NCBI RefSeq assembly: GCF_000143415.4 | Contig: NW_003314307.1 | Coordinates: 1-64,000, forward strand | DNA: 64,000 bases | Reading direction: 5' to 3' | Origin: Selaginella moellendorffii | Taxonomy: Eukaryota > Plantae > Lycopodiophyta | Part shown: piece after piece, positions 11,538 through 24,034 of the stretch | Position numbering within the stretch: the first letter of the stretch is position 1 | Layout of the letters: every line of letters begins with the position of its first letter | Program-made: the position numbers and the translations under genes | The notes under the pieces: model-generated | Databases searched by the model: none | What the model saw: the letters and a program-made list of their open reading frames with translations, nothing else | What the model was told of the DNA's origin: nothing

Positions 11538-14300
11538 TGTAAGCAACTAAATTTTTTTTCTACTTTAATCATTTAACCCACTTTTGACCATTTGGAGGAG
11601 TTTCACTCACAACCTTCATAAGTCTTATTCCTAACTTGGGGATATGCTCACTTCGTGAATGGCATTTATGCCACTCAGCCTTTGCACTTGGTCTAAGTGC
11701 TTTATATGTTCGATCCCACGACAGACATTTAATGGTACCATTGATATATCAACTCGTTACACTAAGGCTATAGCCATTTATTTTTGTCTCGTGGGTAATC
11801 CAAGACCATCCATACTATACTCTCATCTCCCAAAAATTAGGCCATCTATCCATGAGCATCCCATTACCACACATTAGCATCCTTACAATGCCCAGAGACA
11901 TAGAGAATAGCATTCCCTAATATCCCTTCTTTAGTCCCCACTAATCCCTTTCTATCCATTGTCGTGATCGGCAACACTGCCACTAGGTCAGGGTCCGAAA
12001 ACTGATCACTTAGTCCTATTGACCTCAGGGACTTTCAAACTTTATATCGGGTCCATCTTGGATCCATCTCAGAATCCATCTTGGACTCCATCTCAGGTCC
12101 ATCTTGGGTCCATATCAGCTCTATCTTAGACTCCATCTCAGACTCTGTCTTAGGTCCATCTTGGACTCCTCTCTTTATCGGATTTAGATATACCAAGCTC
12201 TCACTCTAAGTAATCTAACCGTGCATCATGACTCCGGGGCATCCTTCATTTGGTGGTGTGCCCAACCCAATCTCCTTACTGAAAGTCTATGACCATCAAA
12301 AATGAGTATCCTCATATTTAGTAAGTTGGGATTCGAACCCAACCTCCATATATGCATTTATGAATGGCATCATCTAGGATACTACACTAATTTTGCACAA
12401 TCCCATGAACCATTTACACGTGTCTTTCTAGGTATCAACCTACCTAAAGTTGTCTTTGGGAACATTGAAGGGACTTTATCCCTTAGCTTGTTAAGGCCTC
12501 TCCTTTTATAAGCTTTTTAATTGCTATATAATTTCATATGGATAATTCCATACTTTAGACTTTTTAAGGTATGAATTATCTAGCTTTTGGATTTTGCTAA
12601 TCTGACGATCTATAAAGTCCTACTTTTAAGGTGTCAGCTTGCTAAAATACAACTTTTTATATTCATGTCCTACTCATAAAGACCATCTTTTGCAAATGTT
12701 ACACCGATACTTGATTAATTTTTGTTCCCTGTAGACTACTTTTGCCCTTTAGGACTATCCATCTAAATGATGAGAATGCTGACTCATCCTCTAAGTATAT
12801 TCCCAATTCCTTGGGTTGTTTTAGCATTTATTAAAAGTAGCTCCGGCTACCTTTTTAAGGATGTGTCCTCATTCATATTCAATCTCCCATGGTCATTAAT
12901 ACTAGTCTCAAATTCATGAGCACCAGCCTCAATTATATGAGGATAATGTTGTGACTCTTTTATTGTCTTAAAGTCTCTCTTTCCTATGATCCTAACTATA
13001 GTTGTTTATCACAACCACATTAGCCGTCAAATGCTCATCTGGATCACATCTTCAACTCTCTAAGGATAACCTTATACTATTCCAAAGATTCTAAAGTTGT
13101 TAACAAATTGGCCCCTTTTTATCCACTATATTACCAACATATTCACTTATAAACTAAGATGGAGAGTCATGCCCTTTTGACATGCTACTCCTCCAGGATA
13201 GGCCCACTCTTAGGACCTTTCAATGCCAAGACAAGTGGTGATATACTTAACCACCAATAAGAGTCGGATTAAGGAATAGCTCCGGTACCAAATTGTAAGT
13301 GACAAAGTTTTCCATTCTACTTTAGTCCCTTAACCACACCTTTGACCATTTGGAAGAGTCTCACTCACAACCTCTATAAGTTCTATTCCAAAGTTGGGGA
13401 CTTGATAGCCCCGAGAATGGCATCTATACCACTCAACTTTTGCACTAAGTCCAAATGCGACACATGTCTGATCTCATGACCCAAAGATACCATTGACATA
13501 TCAGCCTATTACACTAAGGCCATACCCATTCACCTTTGTCACACTGATGATCCAACACTACATATATCATAGTCCCGCCTCTCAAAGACTAGGCCATTCG
13601 TCCATGAGTGATGATCCCAAATCCACTCCTTAGCATCTTTAAGATGCCCATAGATAGGGGAATAGCCTTCTCAAATATCACTTTTTCAATCCCTAGCAAG
13701 TCCTTTTCCATCCACGGCCGTGTTTGCCAACACTATCACTAAGTCAAAGGCTCAACCACTACAACCCATTGACCTCTGGGACTTCCTTGCCACATGATCG
13801 CATCCTTAGTCACCACACAAGAGGACTATTGCTCTTCCTTTCTTTAGTCTAGGACTCTACGACAACATTTGAAAACACTATAGCCTTATGTGAGCTTCAT
13901 GGTTACTTTCCCTATATTTTGCCTTTGGGTGCCCTACCCATGTGTCTAGAGCGAGGTTCTTATAAGCCACACTAAGTATCCAAATAGGTAGTGCCACCCA
14001 CACTTAGATTGGGAGCATTGACCATCCAATCCCCCAAGGGAGCTAGAGCCGGCTCTTGAACACTTTACCAAGCTACCCTTTTTGTCTATCCATATTCATT
14101 CTAGCCTTGGACTCTTCAGTGATTATATCACCACCCAACACGTGGGTATAGCCTTCCTTGGTGACACTGGCCTTTCCTAGCCAAATTGGCTCCACTAGAA
14201 TCCTCCCCCTACTATACTTTAGAAGCTCATCAAACCCCCCAAGATTTGGGAGACGAATACTTTGGGTTTTCACCCTTGGACTTGGACTCAAACTTGAATA
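11538..14300 (-). mobile_element. Family B non-coding LTR element, internally deleted: LTR remnant 11538-~12170, internal ~12170-13293, PBS 13279-13290, 5' LTR 13294-~14300 (truncated)
   Basis: Both LTR pieces begin TGTAAG and are reverse complements of the B LTR 3' end. The PBS reads tggtaccggagc on the minus strand. The internal part matches 45950-46600 and 48600-48800. Confidence 0.75.
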
Positions 14301-14402
14301 CAGACAAAGGCTAACAAAGGATTAGTGGCCACTTAGGAAGTCATAAAGGCAAGGATCCGTGCAACTTATGTTCCTCCAAATGCCACTCTACACCTAAGAG
14401 AT

Positions 14403-15930
14403 TGTAAGACACAAACCCCTAAGCCCCAAAGTGGAGCCAAAAGGGTGCCACATGGTAGTGGCCGAAGTAAAAGCCAAATAAGCGTAACACGTTTGGACTA
14501 AAAGCTTTGACTTCAAAGGTCGAGAGTAGAAGTGGAACTCCTAATGAAATGCTCGAGGAACAAACACAAAGCGAGCAATAAGTGAGTCTCTTAAAAAGGG
14601 GCACAAAAAGACCAACACATGACACGTGGAGGAGTCCAAGATGGACCTGAGATGGAGTCTGAGATGGAGTCCAAGGTGGACCTGAGATGGAGTCCGAGAT
14701 GGAGTTCGTGATGGACCCGAGATAGAGTCCGAGATGGAGTCAAACAAGCGTAACACGTTTGGACTAAAAGTGAAAGCTAAACAAGCATAACACGTTTGGA
14801 CTAAAAGCTTCGACTTCAAAGGTCGAGAGCGGGAGTAGAACTCCCAACGAAAGGCTTGAGGAACAAGCACGAAGTGAGCAATAAGAGAGTCTCTAGAAAA
14901 GGGACACAAGAGGACTAACACATGAGACATGGAAGTGTCCGAGATGGAGTCCGAGAAGGAGTCCGAGATGGACCCAAGATGGAGTCCAAGGTGGACCCGA
15001 GATGGAGTCCGAGATGGAGTTTAAGATGGACCCGAGATGGAGTTTGAGATGGAGTTCGAGATGGACCCGAAATGGAGTCCGAGATGGACCCAAGATGGAG
15101 TCCAAGGGAGACCCGAGATGGAGTTTGAGATGGACCCGAGATGGACCCGAGATGGAGTTGGAGTGGACCTGAGATGGACCCTAGATGGACCCGAGATGGA
15201 GTCCAAGATGGAACCGAGACCGAGACTGAGACCGAGTCCAAGTTTGAGTCTGAATACTAATACAGGCTGTTGGATGAAAGCCCAAAGCAATCGTCCCCCA
15301 GTGGGGGTGGGGGGGTGCTGCAGGGGGTTCCAAAAGTATAGTAGGGAGAGTGTGGGGGTTGGAGCCTAACAGAGCCAATTTGGCTAGGAAAGGCCAGTTT
15401 GGCCTAGGAAGGTAGGGGTTGGGTGATGAGCTAACCACTGGGAAGTCTAAGACTAAAGTGAATACGGACCGACAAGCGGGGTAGCTTGGTGAAGTGTTCA
15501 AGAACTAGCTCTAGTTCCCCCGGGAGATCGAATGGTCGATGCTCCCAGTCCAAGCGTGGGTGGCACTACCTACTTAAATACCTGGTGTGGCTCAATGGAA
15601 CCTTGCTCTAATCCCATGGCTAGAGCACCCAAAGGTGGGAGGCGGGGAGAGCACCTATGAGGCTCGCATAGGGCCATGGTGTTCTAAAATGTTGTCCCAA
15701 AGTCCCAGACTGTGGAAAGGAAGAGGAGTAGTTCTCTAGTGTGGCGACCAAGGATACAGTCAACGACCAAGGATACCAAATGCAAAGGTTGAGTGGCATG
15801 GATGCCATTCTCAAGGCTAGCAAGCCTCAAGTCCTGAATTGGACTTATGAAAGTTGTGAATGAGACTCTTCTAAGTGGCCAGAGGGGTAGTTAAGTGACT
15901 AAAGTAAAATGGAAAAATTAACCACTTTCA
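14403..15930 (+). mobile_element. Family B solo LTR (1528 bp) inserted in the gag of the old A copy
   Basis: TG...CA ends; TSD GAGAT at 14398-14402 and 15931-15935; gag resumes after the TSD. Confidence 0.9.
14935..15245 (+). repeat. 11/12-bp minisatellite (GAGATGGAGTCC / GAGATGGACCC) in the B LTR
   Basis: Visible tandem array; related arrays at ~12050-12170, 14630-14742, 51260-51490 and 54115-54400. Confidence 0.9.
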
Positions 15931-16020
15931 GAGATGAGTTGAGTAGGTTGAAGCAGATAAGAACCATTCAAGAGTATGTGAATAAGTTTATGGCAAAGAG
16001 GATCCTTGTTATAGACATGA

Positions 16021-16615
16021 TGTAAGCTCTTGAGTTTGGACTTCTCGGGAGGTCATCCAGCCCAGTACTATTCAACCCCAAGGACGCTTAACTTCAAGTA
16101 TCCCAAGACCCTAAACCGATTGGAAAAAGGGGTGCACTCTTGTTCATGGGCCCTTTCCCTCTATATTTGAACTTTTATGGATCGTCTCTCGAGTCGTTCC
16201 CTTTGGTTGCTTACAATCCACCACGCTTCCGTGCAAGTTCACACCCTCGTGAATGGAAGCTAAGAGCTACAGCTCTCCCGAGAGCCCCACTCTCTTGACA
16301 CCCTACCCCTCGGGTCGAGCCCAGTGGGAGCAAACTGGACCAGCCAGATGTCAATCAACATGTGGTGTGATTCCCCTAGCCAACCAATAGAGTTAGACTC
16401 GAGACCTCTCTGATACCAAATGTAAGCTCCTGAATTTGGACTTCCCAAGAGGTCACCCAGCCCAGTATTATTCAAACCCAAGGACACTTAACCCAAAATA
16501 TCCTAAGACCCTTAACCGATTGGAAAAGGGGGTGCATTCTTGTTCATGGGCCCTTTCCCTCTATATTTGAACCCCTATGGATCGTCTCTCGAGTTGTTCC
16601 CTTTGGTTGCTTACA
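16021..16615 (-). mobile_element. Cassandra-type TRIM, full length (LTRs 16021-16215 and 16421-16615; ~205-bp internal region)
   Basis: Two ~195-bp LTRs with a 5S-rRNA-like domain; PBS tggtatcagag on the minus strand at ~16408-16418; TSD CATGA/CATGG (one mismatch). Confidence 0.9.
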
Positions 16616-19600
16616 CATGGGTGACATGGATGTGTTCCATAACTTTATATTAGGCTTATAGAGTTAGGCTCAAGGCAAGGTGATACATTGAAACCCAACG
16701 AAGTATTGGATGTAGCTATTAAGGTGCATTTCAATAATAACCTATGAAAAAAAGAACATAAGGGGGTTGGGATCCACATTCAGCAAATGAGACAAAGTAA
16801 GAGGGATATATGGCAAAGGGAAATTCAAGAAAAGTTTCTCTAAGAGTGAATCCCCAAACAAGGCTAGAGTCAATATAGCCATTAAGTTTGGTGAAGTCCA
16901 AACTGAGGTATGTGATCTAGTTCCTAGCTGAAAGTAACTCATTAACTATGACATTTATTACCCTTCCGAGGGAAGATTAGAGATAGCTTTATTAAAATCT
17001 TTATTGACACAAATGCTTCAGATAATTTTGTGGTTACAGATATAGTCTGACAAGCCTGACTAATAGTGCAACTGTTGGGTGAACCAAGGACTATAAAGTT
17101 TATTCAAGGTAACTAAAGCACCAATGAGGTACTTTGACAAACAAGAGTCAAAGTAGAGATATAGAAAGTGGATATGGATTTCACCATATTAGACATGGCA
17201 GGATATTACATGATCTTTGAGATGGATTAATTTAATTAATTTGTGGTAGCCTTACATAGAAAAAGTAGGAACTTTGTGGTATTGACAAATGCTTGAAGAG
17301 AACAATTCAAGATGGATGCCCAAGATTTAAAGGTAGGGAAATGTAAGGCCAAAAACTCCTGCTTGAACCCGGTGTTTATGAGAAGATAACTCACAAAAGG
17401 AACCAAGGCAACATTTTCATGCTTACTCTCAATGGGGAGTGAGAAAAATGTGAAAATAAAGGAAATACCTTTAGTGATATAGCGGGAGTTAAACCAATTT
17501 CGAGATACTATGTTGGAGGAGTTACCCCTTACACCACCAATAGAATATAAGATTGAGCTAGTCAAAAGTGCTAATATAATGGTTTGTCACCCCTATTTGT
17601 TGAACAAAATAGAACTCAAGGAGCTTAACCATTAATTTGAGGAGTTGGTAGATAAAAGGTATATTAGGTTGAGCAAGTCATTGTATGGGGCACTGGTGTT
17701 ATTTGTGGAAAAGAAAGATAGCTTTATGCATATGTGTATAGACTACCAGTTGCTCAACAAGTATACAAAGAAGAACAAGTACTTATTCCCAAAGATTGAA
17801 AATTTGTTTGATAGGTTGGGAAATGCAAAATACTTCTCAAGGATTAACCTAAGCTCAGGATATTACTAAATCAATATAGTAAAGGAAGATGTTTAGAAAA
17901 TAACCTATGGGATAAGGTATGGAAGTTTTGAGTTTTTAGTGATGCCCTTTGGGTTGTGTAATGTGTTAGCAATGTTCTCGGCACTAATGAACCACATCTT
18001 TGTACCCCATTTGGATCATTTTATGGTCATTTATATTAATAACATCCCGATTTATAGTGAGATGCTAAAGGACCATGCCAAACACTTGATGAAAGTGTTT
18101 GAAAAACTAAGGGAACACAAACTATATGGTAAAGAGAGCAAATATGACTTTGCTCAACAAAAGGTAAAGTTTCTCGGGCATATGGTGGGTAAGGATGGGC
18201 TTAAGGTGGAGCCTGAGAAGGTCCAAGGGATCCAGGAATGTGAACGACTATTGAATATACATGAGTTAAGAGTGTTCTTGGGGCTACGCAACCACTATTA
18301 AAAGTTTATCAAACACTATTCCAGAGTAACTCTACCTTTAACAAACCAAATGGGGAAGATGGTATGGACAGCAGAATGCAAGATGGCATTTATCCACCTC
18401 AAAGGGAAATTGAGGAAGACTCCTATGTTGGCATTATTAGACTTTAGTAAAAATTTTGAGGTAAAAAGAGATGCTTCAAACTTTATGTTGGTGCAATTTT
18501 GAAACAAGATAACTAGCTAGTGGTATTCTTCTCAAAGAAGTTGGACAAGGCTCAGCGAAAGTAGCTTAATTATGAATAGGAACTATTTGTAGTGGTCAAG
18601 GCACTCAAAAAGTGGCGACACTACCTTGGGAGGCACTTCAAAGTTTACACGGATAATGTGGCAACAAAAAACTTCTTGTCACAGCTTGGCTTGTGATGAA
18701 AATAGAGTTAATGGGCAAATGCTTTGGCTGAGTTTAATTGTGAGATTTTGTATAAACTTATAGGAAGAGCAACATCATAACAAATGCTCTAAGTTGAAAA
18801 GTAAGCTTGAAGTTGGTGATGTCCAGTGTAACAACAATCTTTTTGGATGATGTGCGGACAATGTATGAAAATGATAGTCTAACATAAGAAGTGTTACTAA
18901 GGAACCAAAAGGTGCGGGATGCTCACCAAAGAGGTGAGCCATCTACAAAAGAGAAAATAGGTTATATGGAACGCAATAGACTCATCTATTATAAACAAAT
19001 GAGGGTGTATGTTCCACAAAAGGAACTAAGGAAGCTAGCCTTAGAAGAGTGTTATGACAAACCTCTTGCAGAACATGCGAAATGCCCAAGACGATAGGCT
19101 TACTCAAAATAAAGTATCACTGGCTAGATATAATTAAAGACGTCTAAGACAATGTAAAGACATGTCTAACATGTCAATAGGTCAAAGCCATAAGTAAGGC
19201 TAGTGGGGGTTTATTATAAAGCCTTTCAATTCCAAATCATTTGTAAAAATATTTTACAATGGACTTCATCACAAGACTCCTCCAAGTGAAACAATACTTA
19301 GGTGGTGGACTGATTTGGCACATTTCATACCCACCACAACAGAAGTGGATGCAGAAGGTGTGGCAAAGCTTTTCTTTGAAAAAATGGTTTAAGTGTGGGA
19401 AAGGCCAGAAAGAATTATCTTAGATTGAGATAAGTTTGATAGCTATAACACTTCTTGACAAATGGACAGACAAAAATGATGAATAGGCAGTTAGAGGATT
19501 ATTTATGATGTTATGTCTCTAGAGACCAGATGTAAGCAACCAAAGGGAACGACTTGAGAGACGATCCATGGGGTTCAAATATAGAGGGAAAGGGCCCATG

Positions 19601-19652
19601 AATAAGAGTGCACCCCCTTTTCCAATCGGTTAAGGGTCTTGGGATATTTGGG

Positions 19653-19707
19653 GTTAAGCGTCCTTGGGTTTGAATAGTACTGGGCTGGGTGACCTCCCGG
19701 GAAGTCC
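19653..19707 (+). ncRNA. 5S-rRNA-derived domain (Pol III internal control region) in the Cassandra LTR; not a full 5S gene
   Basis: gttaagcgtccttgggtttgaatagtactgggctgggtgacctcccgggaagtcc versus recalled plant 5S gttaagcgtgcttgggcgagagtagtactaggatgggtgacctcc(c/t)gggaagtcc, about 47/55 identical by eye. Confidence 0.9.
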
Positions 19708-19727
19708 AAACTCAGGAGCTTACAATT

Positions 19728-19739
19728 TGGTATCGGAGC
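19728..19739 (+). promoter_or_regulatory. Primer-binding site for initiator tRNA-Met
   Basis: TGGTATCGGAGC, 3 nt after the LTR end; the same motif occurs at 25377-25388 and 44780-44791 (-). Confidence 0.9.
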
Positions 19740-19783
19740 CTTTTCCTCAGTTCTAGCGAAGGATAGAGGCGGATTGCTGGGAG

Positions 19784-22700
19784 ATGGCAAGGGCAGGGCG
19801 TAAGCGAACCCAGGCGGAGACGGAACCTCCGCCAGAGCTGGAGCCTCCGGTCGAACAAGAGGCTATGGATGAGGAATCCTTGCATGAGGAGGACTCCAGT
19901 GAGGAAACCTCCAAACAGGAGTCCGGTGGCGAGGTTCGGTCGTCCAAGGCTCGATTGGACGTGCTAGAAGGACAGTTGGCACAGACCAATGCCCTGCTGG
20001 AAACTCTCGTACGCAAGCAAAAGCGTGACGAGAGGCGGAAGAAAAAGAAAAAGACTGCGGATGCTGGCAGCGCAGAAGGTGCGGATCTTTCGGCCGGGAC
20101 TGAGGCAAAACCAGACAAGGTCGAACAGACCGAAGTGGAATCAGTCCCTCAGGCAGTTCCCAAGTACAAACCAAAGCCCCCACCGGTCTTCAAGGGAGTG
20201 AATGACTATAAGGTGGTGGAGGATTGGTTTTACGATATGGAGGACTACTTCCGAGCGTTGCGGTTACCAAGCTCGGAGAAGGTCCCATGTGCAAAACCAT
20301 ACTTGGCAGATAATGCCAAGTCTTGGTGGAGAACAACGGAGGCCAACGAAGGACCGGTGGTCACTTGGGACATGATGAAGGCGAGGATCCGCGCAACATA
20401 TGTTCCTCCGAATGCCACTCTACATCTGAGGGATGAACTGAGTAGGCTGAAACAGACAGGAACCATCCAGGAATATGTGAATGGGTTCATGGCAAAGAGG
20501 ATACTTGTCACGGACATGGGGGATATGGATGCGTTCCATGCCTTCATATCAGGTTTGCAAACCTGGGCTCGCGGCGAGGTGATGAGGTGGAACCCGACCA
20601 ACTACAAGGAAGCGTTGGATGCGGCCATCAAGGTGCATTTCAACGATAACCTGCGAAAGGGGAACACGACGGGGTCGGGATCCACATTTAGCAAAGGGGC
20701 CAAACCAAGGGGAACGTATAGCAAGGGGAAATTCAAAAGGAGTTTCTCTAAGAATGAGTCCTCGGGGTTCCGGAAAGGCAAATCCGGTGGCCAGCGAGCG
20801 AGTACGTGGGGGAGTCAAGCGAAAAAGGACAAACCCACGGATAAGAAGGTCAAGTCGTATAGCAGCGTGGGAAACAACGTATGCTACAACTGCGGCGAAG
20901 CGGGACACTTCTCGAGGGAATGTCCCTACCCGAAGAAGGCCAGAGCCAATATGGCCATCAAGTCGGGTGAAGTCCAAATTGAGGTATGTGATCCAGTCCC
21001 TAACTCAAAGTTACTCATTACACGAGCAACTTTGGTAGAGAGTCGTTCGCGACATCTACTAGCCCTCCGAGGGAAGCTCGGAGGTAGCTTTGTTAAGATC
21101 CTTATTGACACGGGTGCTTCGGATAATTTTGTGGCTGCAGACATAGTCCGGCAAGCCGGACTAACGGTGCAGCGGCTAGGCGAACCAAGGACTATAGAGT
21201 TTGTTCAGGGTAGCCAAAGCACCGATGAGGTACTTCGACAAGCGAGAGTCGAAGTGGGGACATGGAAAGTGGACATGGATTTCACCGTCTTGGATATGGC
21301 GGGATTTGACGTGATCTTCGGAATGGATTGGTTTAATCGGTTCGTGGTAGCCCTGCATGGACAAGGTAGGAACCTTGTGGTATTGGCGAATGCCCAAGGA
21401 AGAAGATCTAGGGTGGAGGCCCAGGATCTAAAGGTAGGGCAAAGCAAGGCCAAAGAGTCATGCTTGAACCTGGTGTCCACGAGAGGACAACTCACTAAAG
21501 GAACTAAGGCAGCCTTTTTGTGCTTACTCTCGGTGAAGAGTGACAAAAAGACAAGAACGGAAGAAGTGCCTTTAGTGATCCAGCGAGTGTTGGACCAATT
21601 CCAGGATACCATGCCGGAGGAGCTACCGGCGGGGTTGCCCCCCGCACGACCGATAGAACATAAGATTGAGCTTGTCGAGGGCGCTGAGGCGGTGGTTCGT
21701 CCCCCCTATCGTTTGAACGAAAAAGAACTCAAGGAGCTCAAGTGCCAACTAGAGGAGTTGGTGCGCAAAGGGTATGTTAGGTTGAGCAAGTCGCCGTATG
21801 GGGCGCCGGTATTATTTGTGAAAAAGAAAGATGGATCTATGCGCATGTGCATAGATTACCGGTTGCTCAACAAGTATACCAAGAAGAACAAGTACCCGTT
21901 GCCAAGGATTGAGGACCTGTTCGATAGGTTGGGAAAGGCAAAATACTTCTCGAGGATTGACCTAAGGTCAGGATACTACCAGATCAGGGTAGCCGAGGAA
22001 GATGTCGAGAAGACAACCTGTCGAACGAGGTATGGGAGCTTTGAGTTTTTGGTGATGCCCTTTGGGCTGTGCAATGCGCCGGCAACGTTTTCGGCGTTGA
22101 TGAACCACGTCTTTGTACCCTATCTGGATCACTTTGTGGTCGTCTATATTGACGACATCCTGATCTATAGCGAGACGCTAGAGGAGCATGCCGAACACTT
22201 GGCGAAGGTGTTTGAGAAACTAAGGGAACATAAACTGTATGCTAAAGAGAGCAAATGTGACTTTGCTCAGCAAGAGGTAAAGTTTCTCGGGCATGTGGTG
22301 GGCCAGGACGGGCTCAAGGTGGACCCGGAGAAGGTCCAAGCGATCCAGGAATGGGAGCGACCATCGAATGTACATGAGTTGAGGGCGTTCTTGGGGCTAT
22401 GCAACTACTATCGAAAGTTTATCAGACACTATTCGAGAGTAGCCCTGCCCTTAACGGATCAAACGGGAAAAGGGAAGATGGTATGGACAGCGCAATGCGA
22501 GGCGGCATTCGTCCACCTCAAAGGGAAGTTGAGGAAGGCTCCGGTGTTGGCATTACCGGACTTTGGTAAGGACTTTGAGGTAGACACGGATGCTTCGGAC
22601 TTTGCGTTAGGCGCAGTTTTGAAGCAAGACAACCATCCAGTAGCGTTCTTCTCGAAGAAGCTGGACAAGGCTCAACGGAAGTGGCCTGCCCACGAGAAGG

Positions 22701-23110
22701 AATTGTTTGCGGTGGTCAAGGCGCTCAAGGAGTGGCGACACTACCTTGGGAGACACTTCAAGGTTTACACGGACAATGTGGCAACGAAACACTTCTTGTC
22801 ACAACCCGACCTGAGAGGGAAACAAGGTCGGTGGGCCAATGCCTTGGCCGAGTTTGATTGCGAGATTCTGTACAAGCCTGGGAAGAGCAACATCGTGGCA
22901 GATGCGCTAAGTCGAAAAGCGAGCTTGAGGTTGGCGATCTCCAGCGCAACAGCAACCTTCTGGGACGATGTGTGGACAGCATATGAGAACGATGGTCTAG
23001 CACAAGAAGTGTTGTTGAGGAATCTGGAGGCACGGGAAGCTCACCAGAGAGGTGAGCCGCCAACGGAAGAGAAAACGGGCTATACATGTATCGTTCGAGT
23101 ATCGGGGTGA
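19784..23110 (+). CDS. Gag-PR-RT-RNase H polyprotein of the chimera, truncated by an integrase deletion
   Basis: [14 protein letters not shown] zinc knuckle, LIDTGAS protease, YIDD RT, DTDASD RNase H. Diverges from the intact copy at ~23083. Confidence 0.95.
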   Translation: MARAGRKRTQAETEPPPELEPPVEQEAMDEESLHEEDSSEETSKQESGGEVRSSKARLDVLEGQLAQTNALLETLVRKQKRDERRKKKKKTADAGSAEGADLSAGTEAKPDKVEQTEVESVPQAVPKYKPKPPPVFKGVNDYKVVEDWFYDMEDYFRALRLPSSEKVPCAKPYLADNAKSWWRTTEANEGPVVTWDMMKARIRATYVPPNATLHLRDELSRLKQTGTIQEYVNGFMAKRILVTDMGDMDAFHAFISGLQTWARGEVMRWNPTNYKEALDAAIKVHFNDNLRKGNTTGSGSTFSKGAKPRGTYSKGKFKRSFSKNESSGFRKGKSGGQRASTWGSQAKKDKPTDKKVKSYSSVGNNVCYNCGEAGHFSRECPYPKKARANMAIKSGEVQIEVCDPVPNSKLLITRATLVESRSRHLLALRGKLGGSFVKILIDTGASDNFVAADIVRQAGLTVQRLGEPRTIEFVQGSQSTDEVLRQARVEVGTWKVDMDFTVLDMAGFDVIFGMDWFNRFVVALHGQGRNLVVLANAQGRRSRVEAQDLKVGQSKAKESCLNLVSTRGQLTKGTKAAFLCLLSVKSDKKTRTEEVPLVIQRVLDQFQDTMPEELPAGLPPARPIEHKIELVEGAEAVVRPPYRLNEKELKELKCQLEELVRKGYVRLSKSPYGAPVLFVKKKDGSMRMCIDYRLLNKYTKKNKYPLPRIEDLFDRLGKAKYFSRIDLRSGYYQIRVAEEDVEKTTCRTRYGSFEFLVMPFGLCNAPATFSALMNHVFVPYLDHFVVVYIDDILIYSETLEEHAEHLAKVFEKLREHKLYAKESKCDFAQQEVKFLGHVVGQDGLKVDPEKVQAIQEWERPSNVHELRAFLGLCNYYRKFIRHYSRVALPLTDQTGKGKMVWTAQCEAAFVHLKGKLRKAPVLALPDFGKDFEVDTDASDFALGAVLKQDNHPVAFFSKKLDKAQRKWPAHEKELFAVVKALKEWRHYLGRHFKVYTDNVATKHFLSQPDLRGKQGRWANALAEFDCEILYKPGKSNIVADALSRKASLRLAISSATATFWDDVWTAYENDGLAQEVLLRNLEAREAHQRGEPPTEEKTGYTCIVRVSG

Positions 23111-23821
23111 GTCCATGGGAAGTCATCAATGTGCGAGCTATTGAAGGTCCTGTGGAACTCGGCGTGGCCGAGTATCATGGAGAGTTACCCGCAGTGGAGG
23201 CATTCACGGCGGAAAGACTCAACATTTGGAATCTAGTGAGGGATTCCTTGGAACGGGCTCAACAAAGGCAAACCAAGTACGCGAACCTAAAGCGCCGTGA
23301 CGTAGAGTTCCAAGCTGGGGAGAAGGTGTGGCTGAACACCAAGAACCTTAGGCTACCAAGTGGGATCAGCCGAAAGTTGACCGAAAGGTAAAAATGCATG
23401 TATTCCTGTAAATGAATTGATCTTGAGTTCCTTAAGCAGGTTTGCGGGGCCTTACGAGATTGAGGCACGAATCGGTAAAGTGGCTTACCGACTCCGACTT
23501 CCTCGAGAGATGGGGAAGATGCACCCAGTGTTCCATGTGAACTTACTCAAGCCGTACTTTGAGGATCCGCTTCGCAAAGACCAAGTAAGACCTTTACCTG
23601 AGGTTATCCAAGGGGAAGAGGAATACGAAGTCGAGGCCATCCTCAATGCGCGCAAGAGCAAGCGACAAGGACGCGAGGTGAGAGAGTTCCATGTGAAGTG
23701 GAAAGGATTTCCACACTGCGAAGCAACATGGGAACCGGAGGAGAACCTAGCGAACGCGCGAGATCTAGTGGAGGAATTTCTGCAAGGCAGAACTCTATGT
23801 ACTTATGCAAAGTTCAATTAA
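23095..23821 (+). pseudogene. Residual integrase C-terminus (GPY motif) and chromodomain, with intron 23388-23439
   Basis: SRKLTER|FAGPYEI joins across GT...AG; YEVEAILN...VKWKGF...ATWEPEENL chromodomain. Confidence 0.85.
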
Positions 23822-23958
23822 AAATATCAATTTGCAAAGTTGAGCAAGTGGCATATGTTGGGACCCGAAGGCGCGCCAAAGGTGAGCTAATTAGCATGGG
23901 TTAGCTAGGTCGACCAGGCGTAGGGAGCTACGCCCGACTTCCTGCGGGGATGTCGAAA

Positions 23959-24034
23959 CCGTAGACGTATTCTACGGAGGTTGGGTTCGAGTCCCAACCC
24001 CCTAGTAAAGCAAGGCTGGGTTCAAGTCCCGACC
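23959..24034 (+). other. Hairpin cluster with two tRNA T-arm/B-box-like stem-loops in the family A 3'UTR
   Basis: ccgtaga-cgtat-tctacgg; ggttggg-TTCGAGT-cccaacc; ggctggg-TTCAAGT-cccgacc. Confidence 0.6.

Noticed and set aside
14935-15245. CRISPR-like array
   Set aside because: Contiguous 11/12-bp units without unique spacers, in a eukaryotic LTR
14541-15501. S/P/G/L/H-rich ORFs here and at 24277-24598, 39191-39505, 45578-45892, 51130-51731 and 53982-54518
   Set aside because: Artefacts of stop-poor LTR minisatellites
19653-19707. Functional 5S rRNA gene
   Set aside because: Only ~55 nt of the 3' half match, and the segment is embedded in TRIM LTRs
19753-22792. Antisense and alternative-frame ORFs over gag-pol (also 40882-44766)
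   Set aside because: Expected shadows of a GC-rich coding region; shared between copies only because the copies are near-identical
23979-24034. tRNA gene or tRNA-derived SINE
   Set aside because: Only T-arm-like hairpins; no acceptor, D or anticodon arms, poly-A tail or TSD seen
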